The position numbers were made by a program, and so were the translations under genes. From Deferribacterales bacterium (GTDB lineage Bacteria; Chrysiogenota; Deferribacteres; Deferribacterales; Geovibrionaceae), in the NCBI GenBank assembly GCA_050251945.1, contig JBFWLW010000005.1, positions 170,068 to 234,067 of the forward strand: a stretch of 64,000 nucleotides of DNA. Reading direction: 5' to 3'. Below the pieces are notes generated by a model. The model had not been told where the DNA came from. It did no database searches and worked only from the letters and a program-made list of their open reading frames with translations. Positions 50,154-59,832 of the stretch are shown one piece after another (position 1 is the stretch's first letter; each line of letters starts with the position of its first letter).

Positions 50154-51045
50154 GCCCCATCACCGAAAGACGGAAAAGCCCGCTTAATACGGATGTGCGG
50201 TCGTTATGCCATGATTCGCCGATATATTCCTTAACATCCATGTACTGTTTCTCTCTCAGCAGACGGACGGTATTTTGCTTGAATGTTTGTGAAAGCAGCT
50301 CTTTTCTGAGTTTTAGCACCCGCTTCTTGTCATCTGTGACGCTTTCCACATAATTTATTATGTCTATAATACAGTCTGTCTCGTCCAGCATGGTTTCAAC
50401 ATCTGTCTTATTCTCAATCTCCGGTTCATATCTCAGCACAAGGCTTTCAGAGGTGTAGACAAGGTCACCCTCCGCCATTGCCAGCATTGCGGCGGCAGAC
50501 GGGAAGCAGTCCGGTCTCGCCGGAAGTCCGCGAAAGAGGGATGAGAGAACTATGTCGCGGCGTATCAGAACGTTGGTGAATCTTCTGAAAGGAACTTCGG
50601 TAAAGACATTAAAGAGGTAGTCCGTGCCTTTGACATATTCCGGCAGATTATATGTGGTACGTTCCTTCCTGTCGTCCCGCATAACAGTTATGTAGGAGGA
50701 GAAGGTCATTGAGATGCCGCCGAAGGTGTCGGATTGCTCAAGACGCTTTTCGAGGGAGTTTTCGGAGAGTATTTCGCAGTCCTCCAGAAATCTCACCCAT
50801 GGCGCCGTTGCCATTTCTGCCAGTTTTACGCATGAGGTATGCCGACAGAGAGGCTTTTCAGGTTTGAAATATTTCAGTCTGTCACATGAATACTTGTCTA
50901 TGATGTCCGAAACGGTGTTGTCCGGTGTGTTGTCGCATACTATGACGGATGCCGCCATTTTCTGATTCAGTGCCGATTTCAGGCATTGCTCAAAATATTC
51001 CGATCCGTATGCGGAGATCAGTATGTCCGCTTTTGAACTTTCCAT
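50104..51045 (-). CDS. glycosyltransferase family 2-like protein
   Basis: ILISAY...CLKSALNQ...IVCDN N-terminus. Divergent DxD region (FLEDCE). Confidence 0.75.
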   Translation of the reverse strand: MESSKADILISAYGSEYFEQCLKSALNQKMAASVIVCDNTPDNTVSDIIDKYSCDRLKYFKPEKPLCRHTSCVKLAEMATAPWVRFLEDCEILSENSLEKRLEQSDTFGGISMTFSSYITVMRDDRKERTTYNLPEYVKGTDYLFNVFTEVPFRRFTNVLIRRDIVLSSLFRGLPARPDCFPSAAAMLAMAEGDLVYTSESLVLRYEPEIENKTDVETMLDETDCIIDIINYVESVTDDKKRVLKLRKELLSQTFKQNTVRLLREKQYMDVKEYIGESWHNDRTSVLSGLFRLSVMGLIAKALMRSLRVFHKD

Positions 51046-51055
51046 GTTCTCCCCG

Positions 51056-51093
51056 AAAAAAATAAGCCTCCGTATCTTAGCATACGGAGGCTC
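51056..51093 (-). terminator. intrinsic terminator after nrdJ
   Basis: AGCCTCCGTAT/ATACGGAGGCT stem followed by a U-tract on the minus strand. Confidence 0.8.
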
Positions 51094-51120
51094 TGTTTAT
51101 AAGGAGAAATTGTAGGGTGA

Positions 51121-53430
51121 TTATGAGCAGTGTGAGTATCCGCATGAATAGCAGATATCGCAGCCTTCAACATGCTCAACAGGTCCGCCGCAGTCGGGGC
51201 ATGCGCCGTTTTTGACCTTTCCGCTGCCGCTGTCCGCTTTTTCGGCTTTTTCAAGGAGCTTGTCGACAGTTATGCTGTCGTCCTGTTTTCCGCTCACTTT
51301 TATTTCCGTGTTGTCGCGTATAGCCTGTTCAAGAGCTTTGCCAACAGCGTCGGAACAGCTCAGTACAGTGTTGGGACCGAAGCCGTATCTCATGTGACAG
51401 CTGATGCCTTTGAGCTGTTTGATGATACGGTCGATATCGCCGCCGCTTCTGAGGTCTATTGAGATAAGACGTCCTATTGCCTCGCACTGGCTCTGGGCGC
51501 ATCCGCCAGCTTTGCCCATGCTGGTAAACACTTCAAAAGGTTTGCCTGTTTCGTCCTGATTGATGGTTACATAGAGCTTTCCGCATCCTGTCATCATCTC
51601 GACGGTACGTCCCACCAGAACTTTCGGTCTGGGCTTGGGTGCGAACTCGCACGGCTCTTTTGAAACGGTTTCGGTTTTTTCCTCTTTGTCTTTTGTGCCG
51701 ACGTTGAGAACCTGTCCGGTGCGGCTTCCGTCTCTGTATATTGTTGTTCCCTTGCATCCGAGGTTGTAAGAAAGCAGGTATGTTTTGCGTACGTCCTCAA
51801 TTGTTGCTTCATTGGGGAAGTTTACGGTTTTGCTGACAGCGTTGTCGGTGAATTTCTGGAACGCAGCCTGCATTTTTGTATGCCAGAAGGGGGTTATGTC
51901 GTGTGCAGTGACAAAAGCCTCCTGCCATTTTTCGGGAACGGTGTCCACCCCGTGCAGACTGCCTGTTTCGGCAACCTGTTCAAGAAGCGCGTCGGTGAGG
52001 AATCCCTCTCTTTTTGCGATCTCTTTGAAAACAGGGCTGACCTCAACGAGTTTGTTGTTGTCCATTACCTGTCTGTAAAAAGCGATGGCGAAGAAGGGTT
52101 CTATACCGCTGGAACATCCCGCTATTATGGAGATTGTTCCGGTGGGCGCAACCGTTGTAATGGTTGCGTTGCGCATGTTCTTAAAGCCCTTTCCGGGATA
52201 TACGCTGTCTTTGAAAGTGGGGAAATCACCGCGTTTAACGGCGAGTTCAGCAGATTTCACGCGCCCTGTGTCGCGGATGAACTGCATAACGTCCTCTGCG
52301 AGTTTCGTTGCCTCGTCAGAGTTGTAGGGGATGCACATCAGCGCGAGCATATCCGCCCAGCCCATGAGACCCAGACCGATTTTACGGTTGCGTTTGGTCT
52401 GTTTGTCTATCTGGGGAATAGGGTATTTGTTCATATCTATTACGTTGTCGAGGAAATGCACGGCAATGTCGATGGTTTTTTCAAGGTCTTCCCAGTCTAT
52501 CTTTCCGTCTTTAACGAACCTGCCAAGGTTGATTGAACCGAGGTTGCATGATTCATAGGGCAGAAGAGGCTGTTCGCCGCAAGGGTTTGTACTCTCCATC
52601 TCACCCTCTTTGGGGGTGGGATTCTCTGCGTTTATCCTGTCCAGATAAACGATACCGGGGTCGCCGCCTTCCCATGCGAGCTGAACCATCTTGTCGAAAA
52701 CGTCTTTGGCTTTCAGTTTTCCGGCAGCAGCCTTTGTCTTGGGGTTTATAAGGTCATAGTCGGTGTCGTTTATTACAGCCTGCATAAATTTTTCGGTTAT
52801 GCCTACGGAGAGGTTAAAGTTTGTGAGCTTCGTTTTGTCCTCTTTTGCGTAGATGAAATCCATAACATCGGGGTGGTCGACGCGCAAAATGCCCATGTTC
52901 GCGCCTCTGCGTGTTCCGCCCTGTTTGATGGTTTCAGTGGCTGCGTCGAAAACTGTCATAAATGATACGGGACCGCTGGACACGCCTCTTGTGGTCTTAA
53001 CGACGTCGTCTTTCGGACGCAGGCGCGAGAAAGAAAATCCTGTACCGCCGCCTGATTTATGTATGAGTGCCGTATTTTTTACGGCTTCAAAAATATCTTC
53101 AAGCGAATCCTCCACCGGAAGAACGAAACAAGCTGCAAGCTGCTGAAGCTCACGTCCTGCGTTCATGAGGGTGGGGGAGTTGGGTAGAAATCTCAGAGTG
53201 ACCATCTGGTCATAGAATTCTTTGGCGGAGGCAAGTATGTCTGCGTCTTTGTCGTAATTCCTGTCGGCTTCTGCAATGTTGAGAGCGACTCTTCTGAACA
53301 TGTCTATCGGTTTTTCGGAAGGTTTTCCGTTGTTATCCCTTTTGAGGTAACGCTTTTCCAGAACAGTAATGGCGTTCTGGCTTAATTCCGGCTCACGAGA
53401 AAGCACTTTCTCGATGTCCTTAAGACTCAT
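51121..53430 (-). CDS. nrdJ: class II adenosylcobalamin-dependent ribonucleotide reductase with TSCPD and Zn-ribbon tail
   Basis: Motifs FLPNSPTLMNAG, ACFVL, TNPCGEQPL, CNLGS, APTGTIS, TGCGKLYV and CPDC...CYSCGYSHC. Confidence 0.95.
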   Translation of the reverse strand: MSLKDIEKVLSREPELSQNAITVLEKRYLKRDNNGKPSEKPIDMFRRVALNIAEADRNYDKDADILASAKEFYDQMVTLRFLPNSPTLMNAGRELQQLAACFVLPVEDSLEDIFEAVKNTALIHKSGGGTGFSFSRLRPKDDVVKTTRGVSSGPVSFMTVFDAATETIKQGGTRRGANMGILRVDHPDVMDFIYAKEDKTKLTNFNLSVGITEKFMQAVINDTDYDLINPKTKAAAGKLKAKDVFDKMVQLAWEGGDPGIVYLDRINAENPTPKEGEMESTNPCGEQPLLPYESCNLGSINLGRFVKDGKIDWEDLEKTIDIAVHFLDNVIDMNKYPIPQIDKQTKRNRKIGLGLMGWADMLALMCIPYNSDEATKLAEDVMQFIRDTGRVKSAELAVKRGDFPTFKDSVYPGKGFKNMRNATITTVAPTGTISIIAGCSSGIEPFFAIAFYRQVMDNNKLVEVSPVFKEIAKREGFLTDALLEQVAETGSLHGVDTVPEKWQEAFVTAHDITPFWHTKMQAAFQKFTDNAVSKTVNFPNEATIEDVRKTYLLSYNLGCKGTTIYRDGSRTGQVLNVGTKDKEEKTETVSKEPCEFAPKPRPKVLVGRTVEMMTGCGKLYVTINQDETGKPFEVFTSMGKAGGCAQSQCEAIGRLISIDLRSGGDIDRIIKQLKGISCHMRYGFGPNTVLSCSDAVGKALEQAIRDNTEIKVSGKQDDSITVDKLLEKAEKADSGSGKVKNGACPDCGGPVEHVEGCDICYSCGYSHCS

Positions 53431-53675
53431 ATTTCCTCCGGCACTTGTTTTTAATGAGTAATGTTATATGCAACTAAAAACTTTGTAAAGTCCGTTTTCT
53501 GTGATGGTGTAAATTTTTCTAAGTGATTGATAAATGAATAACACATTGATATATAAAAAGAAACATGTGATATGAAAATCAATCAATGTTATATAAACAG
53601 CAGGGTTTAAAAAATAGCCGTTCTGTTTTCCGCTTCAAAACCCCTGCTGGATACAGACTTTTGCCTTATTGTTTT

Positions 53676-54080
53676 TCAGTATTTCTCAGCCAATCCTGCA
53701 AGTGTATAACTTTTAAGCATTTTAATGAGGCTTTCCTGAATTTCTGTCCACATGACGTGAGCAGTGCAAGAGTGTACAAGGTTGCAGAAATCTTCGTCAA
53801 AGATACATTTGTTGAGGCTGAGTTCGCCTTCGATAGCAGTGATTATGTCATAGACTGAAATCTGAGCGATATCTTTAGATATTCTGAAGCCGCCTTTTTT
53901 CCCGCGTTCGGAGGAGAGTATCTCAGATTTTGCAAGGTTTTGTAAAATCTTTCCAAGGAAGCTGTCGGGGATATCGCATTCTGTGGCAAGTTCAGAGCGC
54001 ATAAATGTTGTTCCTGCTGGTTTATGTGCCATATGAATGAGTGCTCTTATGGCGTAATCGCTGGCTCTGGTGACTTTCAT
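53676..54080 (-). CDS. Rrf2 family transcriptional regulator (three Cys, probably Fe-S)
   Basis: Motifs DYAIRAL, FLGKILQNL, RGKKGGF and CIFDEDFCNLVHSC. Confidence 0.92.
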   Translation of the reverse strand: MKVTRASDYAIRALIHMAHKPAGTTFMRSELATECDIPDSFLGKILQNLAKSEILSSERGKKGGFRISKDIAQISVYDIITAIEGELSLNKCIFDEDFCNLVHSCTAHVMWTEIQESLIKMLKSYTLAGLAEKY

Positions 54081-54209
54081 CTTGTCTCCTTCGGAATAAT
54101 ATTAATAAGATGCTATTTGTATAAATATAACCTCAGAGAGCGTTATTTGCAAGAAAATTATGCTTGACGCGGGTGGAAACAGCGCCTGAAAAAATCTTTA
54201 AAAAAGTTC

Positions 54210-54238
54210 TTGACATCCACGATGTTTTACGGCAGAAT
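54210..54238 (+). promoter_or_regulatory. sigma70 promoter of tRNA-Gln/proBA
   Basis: TTGACA-17 nt-CAGAAT with an A-tract upstream. Confidence 0.7.
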
Positions 54239-54253
54239 CCCGTTCTGCTTTGC

Positions 54254-54329
54254 AGGGGTATAGCCAAATTGGTAAGGCAACTGGTTTTGGTCCAGTGTAC
54301 TGTGGGTTCAAGTCCTGCTACCCCTGCCA
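54254..54329 (+). tRNA. tRNA-Gln (UUG)
   Basis: Cloverleaf with AGGGGTA/TACCCCT acceptor stem, ACTGG-TTTTGGT-CCAGT anticodon arm, GGTTCAAGTCC T-arm and encoded CCA. Confidence 0.95.
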
Positions 54330-54379
54330 TTTTTTTATCTAAATTCATCTCAGGACAGACTGCTCTGAGAAGGCCTAAA

Positions 54380-55522
54380 ATGAGAAATTTACCCCAAATT
54401 GACACACTTGTTGTAAAGGTCGGAAGCAACATCCTCACACAGGAAGATAAAGGGGTTAATCTCGAATTCCTCTCTTCTTTCGTCAGCCAGATTTGCGAGA
54501 TAAAGAAAAAGGTCAAAAATATTGTCATCGTTTCGTCCGGTGCCGTCGGTGCGGGTTTCAAGATACTCGGCTTTAAAAGCCGCCCGAAGGACATAATTGA
54601 CAGACAGGCATGCGCCGCTGTGGGGCAGGCGAGACTTATATGGTATTACGACAAAGAGTTTGAGAAATATAATATCATCCCCGCTCAGATACTTATAACG
54701 AAGGACGATTTCGCGAACCGCAGACGTTATCTGAATGCGAGATATACCATACGACGTCTCCTTGAGATGGGTGTGGTTCCTATAATAAACGAGAACGACT
54801 CGGTTGTTATAGAAGAACTTAAATACATAGAGAATTTCAGCGACAACGATAATCTGTCCGCCCTTGTCGGAGGGCTGATAGGCGCAGATATGCTTCTGAT
54901 AATGTCCGACGTTGACGGGCTTTACGACAGCGACCCCACAGACAACCCCGATGCACACCGCATCGGAGAGGTGAAATACATCAACGAAGAGCTTTTCAGC
55001 ATCGCCGGAAGTTCTGTTTCAGGGGTGGGTACCGGCGGCATGAAATCAAAGCTGACGGCTGCTTCAAAGGCACTGGACGCCGGATGCTGTGTCGGTATCA
55101 TAAACGGGCGCAAACCCGGTGCTATGTTGGATTTTCTCCACGGAGAGGACATCGGCACATATTTCAGCCATACCGAGGACGCTCTTTCACGCCGTCGCCA
55201 CTGGATAGCCTATGCCGCTGGTGTTACGGGAATATTAAGACTTGACAAAGGTGCGGTCAACGCCCTTATTCATAAGAAGAAATCACTGCTTCCCGGCGGA
55301 GTGGTCTCCGTTGAGGGGGATTTCGAGATGGGCGATGTTGTTTCCGTATGCGATGAACACGGAAAAGAGATAGCCCGCGGAAAGGTCAGATACAACAGCC
55401 TTGACCTCGACAGGATAAAAGGTAAAAAAACATCTGACATATTTGATATTTTGGGTTATAAGTTTACAGACGAGATAATCCATCGCGATGACCTGGTCGT
55501 CATCAATATCATCGGAGACTGA
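54380..55522 (+). CDS. proB: glutamate 5-kinase
   Basis: Motifs VVKVGS, VSSGAV, PIINEND and GTGGMKSK, plus a PUA domain. True start at ATG 54380. Confidence 0.95.
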   Translation: MRNLPQIDTLVVKVGSNILTQEDKGVNLEFLSSFVSQICEIKKKVKNIVIVSSGAVGAGFKILGFKSRPKDIIDRQACAAVGQARLIWYYDKEFEKYNIIPAQILITKDDFANRRRYLNARYTIRRLLEMGVVPIINENDSVVIEELKYIENFSDNDNLSALVGGLIGADMLLIMSDVDGLYDSDPTDNPDAHRIGEVKYINEELFSIAGSSVSGVGTGGMKSKLTAASKALDAGCCVGIINGRKPGAMLDFLHGEDIGTYFSHTEDALSRRRHWIAYAAGVTGILRLDKGAVNALIHKKKSLLPGGVVSVEGDFEMGDVVSVCDEHGKEIARGKVRYNSLDLDRIKGKKTSDIFDILGYKFTDEIIHRDDLVVINIIGD

Positions 55523-55524
55523 TT

Positions 55525-56760
55525 ATGCTTGAAAACATGCTGAAAGCAGCTAAAGAAGCAACATATGAACTTATGAGCATGCGTTCGGATGTTAAAGACA
55601 GGGCGCTGGCTGCTGTTGCGGAAATGCTTGATAAGAATCGCGAACATATAAAAAGCGAGAACTCCAAAGATATTGAGCATGCAAAAGCAACCGGACTTTC
55701 TGCGGCACTGACCGACAGGATACTTCTGGATGATAAGCGTATCGACGCGATGATCTCCGCTGTTAATGAAATAAAAGCTCAGACAGATCCGGTGGGCAAA
55801 GTTGTCGAAGGATACAGGCGGCCCAACGGACTTTATATCACGAAAGTAAAAGTTCCGCTCGGTGTTGTCGGTATCATATTTGAGGCAAGACCCAACGTCA
55901 CTATCGACGCTGCTGCGCTCTGCCTGAAATCGGGTAACGTTTCCATACTTCGCGGCGGAAAAGAGGCTATAAATTCAAACCGCTGCCTCGGCAGGCTCAT
56001 GAAAGAGGCTCTGAAGGGCACCGGACTTCCCGAAGCAGCAGTGAACATTATAGAGGATACAGACCGCGCCGTGGTCATGGAGATGCTCAAGGCGAAGGAC
56101 TATATAGATATCATGGTTCCCAGAGGGGGCGACAGCCTCATAAAATTCTGCACGGAACACAGCCTTATTCCGCTGATTAAGCACGATGCGGGTATCTGCC
56201 ACGTTTTCATCGACGAATGGGCGGATGCAGGCATGGCTGTGAGCATCGCAGTAAACGCGAAATGCCAGCGTGTGGGTGTGTGTAACTCCATGGAGACCCT
56301 TCTGGTTCATAATAATATCGCCGCAAAATTGCTGCCGATGCTGGAAAAAGCATATGCGGAATATAATGTTGAGCTGCGCGGATGCGAAAGGACGCAGAAG
56401 ATAATTAAATGTGTACCCGCAACGGAAGAGGACTGGAAAACGGAATATTTGGACTACATCCTCTCCATAAAGGTTGTGGATGGTGTTGACGAAGCTGTCG
56501 GACACATTAACAAATACGGTTCACAACACTCTGAAAGCATTGTGACCGAAAACTATACCAACAGCGAAAGATTTCTCGACAGAGTGGATGCCGCCGCTGT
56601 TTATGTAAACGCTTCAACAAGGTGGACAGACGGCGGAGAGTTCGGGCTTGGTGCCGAGATAGGCATCAGCACCCAGAAACTGCACTGCCGCGGACCTATG
56701 GGAGCGGACGACCTCACCACGACAAAGTACCGCATCTACGGAAGCGGACAGATAAAGTAG
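55525..56760 (+). CDS. proA: gamma-glutamyl phosphate reductase
   Basis: Motifs VPLGVVGIIFEARPNVT and GAEIGISTQKLHCRGP. Confidence 0.96.
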   Translation: MLENMLKAAKEATYELMSMRSDVKDRALAAVAEMLDKNREHIKSENSKDIEHAKATGLSAALTDRILLDDKRIDAMISAVNEIKAQTDPVGKVVEGYRRPNGLYITKVKVPLGVVGIIFEARPNVTIDAAALCLKSGNVSILRGGKEAINSNRCLGRLMKEALKGTGLPEAAVNIIEDTDRAVVMEMLKAKDYIDIMVPRGGDSLIKFCTEHSLIPLIKHDAGICHVFIDEWADAGMAVSIAVNAKCQRVGVCNSMETLLVHNNIAAKLLPMLEKAYAEYNVELRGCERTQKIIKCVPATEEDWKTEYLDYILSIKVVDGVDEAVGHINKYGSQHSESIVTENYTNSERFLDRVDAAAVYVNASTRWTDGGEFGLGAEIGISTQKLHCRGPMGADDLTTTKYRIYGSGQIK

Positions 56761-57398
56761 TGCGGATAGGGCTTTTCGGGGGAACATTCAACCCCATACA
56801 CATCGGACATCTTGCGCTTGCCGAGAATGTCGCTGACAGCTTCGGGCTGGACAGGATGATCTTTGTACCTTCAAAAGTGCCTCCGCATAAGACGAAAGGG
56901 GTGATAGCCCCTGAACTGCGTCTGCGCATGGTGGAGCTTGTTGCGGCTGGACTTGGCGACAGGTTCATCGTTTCCGATTTTGAGATACACGAGGAAGGGG
57001 TTTCTTTTACCCTTAAAACTCTGAGGCATTTCAGGGACGAATATCCCGGCGATGCAATATTTTTTGCCTGCGGAACCGATATCTTTGCTTCCATCGGAGG
57101 TTGGTACGAGTCCGAGGCGCTTTTTGATTATGTAAATTTCATTGTGGTCAGCAGATCCACAATGAGCTTTGAAGAGCTTTTGAAAAGAATCCCGCAGACG
57201 CTCCTTGACAGGGTTGTGGATGCGGGTGAATATAAAGATGAGAGATCCGGCAAAATAATTTTATACAGAATGCCGGAGGTTGATATATCAAGTACTGAAA
57301 TACGCAGTATCCTTGAAGAGAGCTACCGTAAGGCGAATCTGCCGGACGGTGTTTATGAATATATCGCCGAAAACGGACTTTACAGGGGAAACGAATGA
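56760..57398 (+). CDS. nadD: nicotinate-nucleotide adenylyltransferase
   Basis: Motifs GGTFNPIHIGH, PPHK and ISSTEIR. GTG start overlapping the proA stop. Confidence 0.95.
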   Translation: MRIGLFGGTFNPIHIGHLALAENVADSFGLDRMIFVPSKVPPHKTKGVIAPELRLRMVELVAAGLGDRFIVSDFEIHEEGVSFTLKTLRHFRDEYPGDAIFFACGTDIFASIGGWYESEALFDYVNFIVVSRSTMSFEELLKRIPQTLLDRVVDAGEYKDERSGKIILYRMPEVDISSTEIRSILEESYRKANLPDGVYEYIAENGLYRGNE

Positions 57399-57742
57399 CA
57401 AGAACAGCTCTGCTGGACGATATTCTGAAAGAGATGACTGACCGCAAGACCGAGAACGTTGTGTGCTATTACATAGCCCCCAAAAGCAGTATCTCGGACT
57501 ACATCGTGATCGGTACGGCAACTTCCGAACCGCACGTCAACGCTATTGCGGAATACGTTCTGGAGAAGATGAAAGAGAAGAGCATCCGTCCTTTCGCAGT
57601 TGAGGGACAGGGACGCTCGCGCTGGGTATGCCTCGATTTCGGCGAGGTCATGGTGCATCTGATGTGCAGAGACGAGAGACAATATTACAATCTTGAGTCT
57701 ATCTGGGGCGGATGCGACAAAGTGGAGATTCCTTACGACTGA
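57395..57742 (+). CDS. rsfS: ribosome silencing factor
   Basis: WVCLDFGEVMVHLM...RQYYNLESIW. nadD-rsfS synteny. Confidence 0.93.
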   Translation: MTRTALLDDILKEMTDRKTENVVCYYIAPKSSISDYIVIGTATSEPHVNAIAEYVLEKMKEKSIRPFAVEGQGRSRWVCLDFGEVMVHLMCRDERQYYNLESIWGGCDKVEIPYD

Positions 57743-58262
57743 GAAACTTACAGGACTTAACATAGTCCTTTTTGAACCTGAAATTCCCCAGAACACGGGG
57801 AATATCGGACGTTTCAGCGTGGCGACGGACAGCAGGCTGATCCTTGCCGGAAAGCTTGGATTCAGTATCGACGACAAAGCCGTTAAAAGAGCGGGACTTG
57901 ATTACTGGAAAAATGTTAATCTTGAAACCCTCGACACGCTGGACGCTTTCTTTGAAAAATATCCCATCAGCAGCCATCCCTACGCTTTTCTTTCAAAGTT
58001 CGGCACAAAAAATTATACCGAAATCCCGCATAACGACCCGAACCTTATGATTATCTTCGGACGCGAGACCAGCGGTCTGCCCTACAGCGTTCAGGAAAAA
58101 TACGCGGAGCATTTGTACCGCATCCCCACAACGGGGAGGGTGCGCAGTCTGAACCTTTCAAACGCGGTGGCGCTTGTCGGCTATGATATCCTGCGCCGGA
58201 GGGACTTTGAAGGACTGGACGGAAACTGGAGGGGACCTTCAACGGGGGAAATATATGCTTAG
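57693..58262 (+). CDS. trmL: tRNA (cytidine/uridine-34 2'-O)-methyltransferase (start uncertain)
   Basis: Motifs EPEIPQNTGNI, RAGLDYW, FGRETSGL and RSLNLSN. Confidence 0.9.
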   Translation: MSLSGADATKWRFLTTEKLTGLNIVLFEPEIPQNTGNIGRFSVATDSRLILAGKLGFSIDDKAVKRAGLDYWKNVNLETLDTLDAFFEKYPISSHPYAFLSKFGTKNYTEIPHNDPNLMIIFGRETSGLPYSVQEKYAEHLYRIPTTGRVRSLNLSNAVALVGYDILRRRDFEGLDGNWRGPSTGEIYA

Positions 58263-59040
58263 AATCGGTCAGATTGATTATGCGAACGTGTACCCGATAT
58301 TTCATCATCTTCAGAAAGAGAAAGGCTTTAAGCTCATAAAGGGCGTTCCTTCATACCTGAACACAGCTATACGCGAAGGTGTAATAGACCTGTCGCCGTG
58401 CAGTTGTATTGAATACGGGAGAAACCCAGACAACTATTATATAATTCCAGATATTTCAATCAGCAGTATCGACGAGGTCAAGAGCGTTCTTCTGTTCTCC
58501 GACCTGCCCATAGAAGAGCTTGGCGGAAAACAGGTTTATCTTACTTCGGAATCAGGCACTTCCGTGATACTTTTTGAGATACTGATGCGTGAGCGCTACG
58601 GCATTGCGCCGGAGTTTACAAAAGAGAACACTGACGCACCCGCAAAGGTATACATAGGCGATACGGCGCTTTTCGGTTATTACAACGACAATGCGAAATA
58701 TATATATGACCTCGGAACTCTCTGGAAAGAGTTTACCGGACTTCCGTTTGTCTTTGCGCTGTGGATAATCCGCAAGGACACGGCGGATGCGAACCGCAAA
58801 GAGACCGAGGATTTCGTCAGACTGCTTGCCCGTATAAAAAAGGACAGCAAAGGGAATCTCGCCTCGCTCATTGACCATTATCAGATGAAAGGACTCACGT
58901 CTTATCAGATCATCGACTACTGGGAGATAATCAATTACGACCTCTCGGAAAGCCATATCAAGGGGCTTCTTAAATATTACAGCCTCGCTCATAAAATAGG
59001 GCGTATCAAAAAGATGCCCTCACTGGATTTCTTTGTCTGA
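58255..59040 (+). CDS. mqnA: chorismate dehydratase, futalosine menaquinone pathway
   Basis: Motifs IGQIDYANVYP, VKSVLLFS, SGTS, IGDTAL and DLGTLWKEFTGLPFVFALW. Confidence 0.9.
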   Translation: MLRIGQIDYANVYPIFHHLQKEKGFKLIKGVPSYLNTAIREGVIDLSPCSCIEYGRNPDNYYIIPDISISSIDEVKSVLLFSDLPIEELGGKQVYLTSESGTSVILFEILMRERYGIAPEFTKENTDAPAKVYIGDTALFGYYNDNAKYIYDLGTLWKEFTGLPFVFALWIIRKDTADANRKETEDFVRLLARIKKDSKGNLASLIDHYQMKGLTSYQIIDYWEIINYDLSESHIKGLLKYYSLAHKIGRIKKMPSLDFFV

Positions 59041-59045
59041 AAGGC

Positions 59046-59081
59046 TTGCTAAAAAATGTATATACATTATAGTATATACAT
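59046..59081 (+). promoter_or_regulatory. vapBC promoter with palindromic operator
   Basis: TTGCTA-16 nt-TATAGT, overlapped by the inverted repeat ATGTATATAC-ATTATA-GTATATACAT (59056-59081). Confidence 0.7.
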
Positions 59082-59091
59082 GAGGTGCCGT

Positions 59092-59319
59092 ATGAGCCAT
59101 GCGAAGATTTTTAAAAGCGGAAACAGTCAGGCGGTAAGGCTTCCCAAAGAATTTCATATCAGCGCGGAAGAGGTTCGCATAAAAAAAGTTGGGAATATGC
59201 TTATCCTTATTCCTGAAGTAGACACATGGGATAGCTTTGAGCAGAGCCTTGATATGTTTGATGATTCTTTTATGCCCGACAGAAACCAGCCTGATGTTCA
59301 GGATCGGGAGGTCTTCTGA
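59092..59319 (+). CDS. vapB: VapB antitoxin (AbrB/MazE fold)
   Basis: AKIFKSGNSQAVRLPKEF. GAGGTG RBS. Confidence 0.93.
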   Translation: MSHAKIFKSGNSQAVRLPKEFHISAEEVRIKKVGNMLILIPEVDTWDSFEQSLDMFDDSFMPDRNQPDVQDREVF

Positions 59320-59714
59320 TGTATATGCTGGACACAAATATCTGCATCTATATCATTAAGAGCAAACCTAAGAATGTCATTGAGAAATTCAGAACTTTCA
59401 GACCTTCTGATATATGCATGTCTTCCGTAACATTCGCCGAACTGGAATACGGCGTTGCAAAAAGCAGGGCTATTGAACGCAACAGGGATGCTCTGGCAAT
59501 GTTTGTTGCGCCTCTTGAAATACTTCCGTTTGAAGGCACAGCTGCGGAAGCATATGGAAGTATAAGAGCAGAGCTTGAGACCAGCGGACAGGTGATCGGT
59601 TCCATGGATATGCTTATTGCCGCCCATGCAATAGCTGTTAATGCAGTGCTTGTAACTAATAATGTTAAAGAGTTTGAGCGTGTTAAAGGACTGCGGGTTG
59701 AGAATTGGGTATAA
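59319..59714 (+). CDS. vapC: VapC PIN-domain toxin
   Basis: Motifs MLDTNICIY, DMLIAAHA and LVTNNVKEF. TGATG coupling. Confidence 0.95.
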   Translation: MYMLDTNICIYIIKSKPKNVIEKFRTFRPSDICMSSVTFAELEYGVAKSRAIERNRDALAMFVAPLEILPFEGTAAEAYGSIRAELETSGQVIGSMDMLIAAHAIAVNAVLVTNNVKEFERVKGLRVENWV

Positions 59715-59782
59715 TGTGACGCTTTTATGGAGAATGTAAAATTCCCTTTAAAAATATTTTTTACGGTAGTATATTTTTGTTT

Positions 59783-59809
59783 GAACTTATGGATTGGTGG
59801 TCAGTCTTA
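59783..59809 (+). promoter_or_regulatory. sigmaE-type autoregulatory promoter
   Basis: GAACTT-16 nt-TCTTA just upstream of the ECF sigma gene. Confidence 0.7.
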
Positions 59810-59832
59810 TAACCATACGATTCGGAGGAAAT

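Noticed and set aside
53431..53675. NrdR or FNR boxes, and the CAGCAGGG...CCCTGCTG inverted repeat (53598-53649) upstream of nrdJ
   Set aside because: Only partial motif matches in AT-rich DNA. The inverted repeat is single-copy with a long loop and no assignable function.
54164..54379. 72-aa N-terminal extension of ProB in the ORF track
   Set aside because: It is an open frame running through the promoter and tRNA-Gln. Homology begins at ATG 54380.
54330..54380. Integrative element at the tRNA-Gln 3' end
   Set aside because: proB follows directly, and there is no integrase or duplicated tRNA end in the window.
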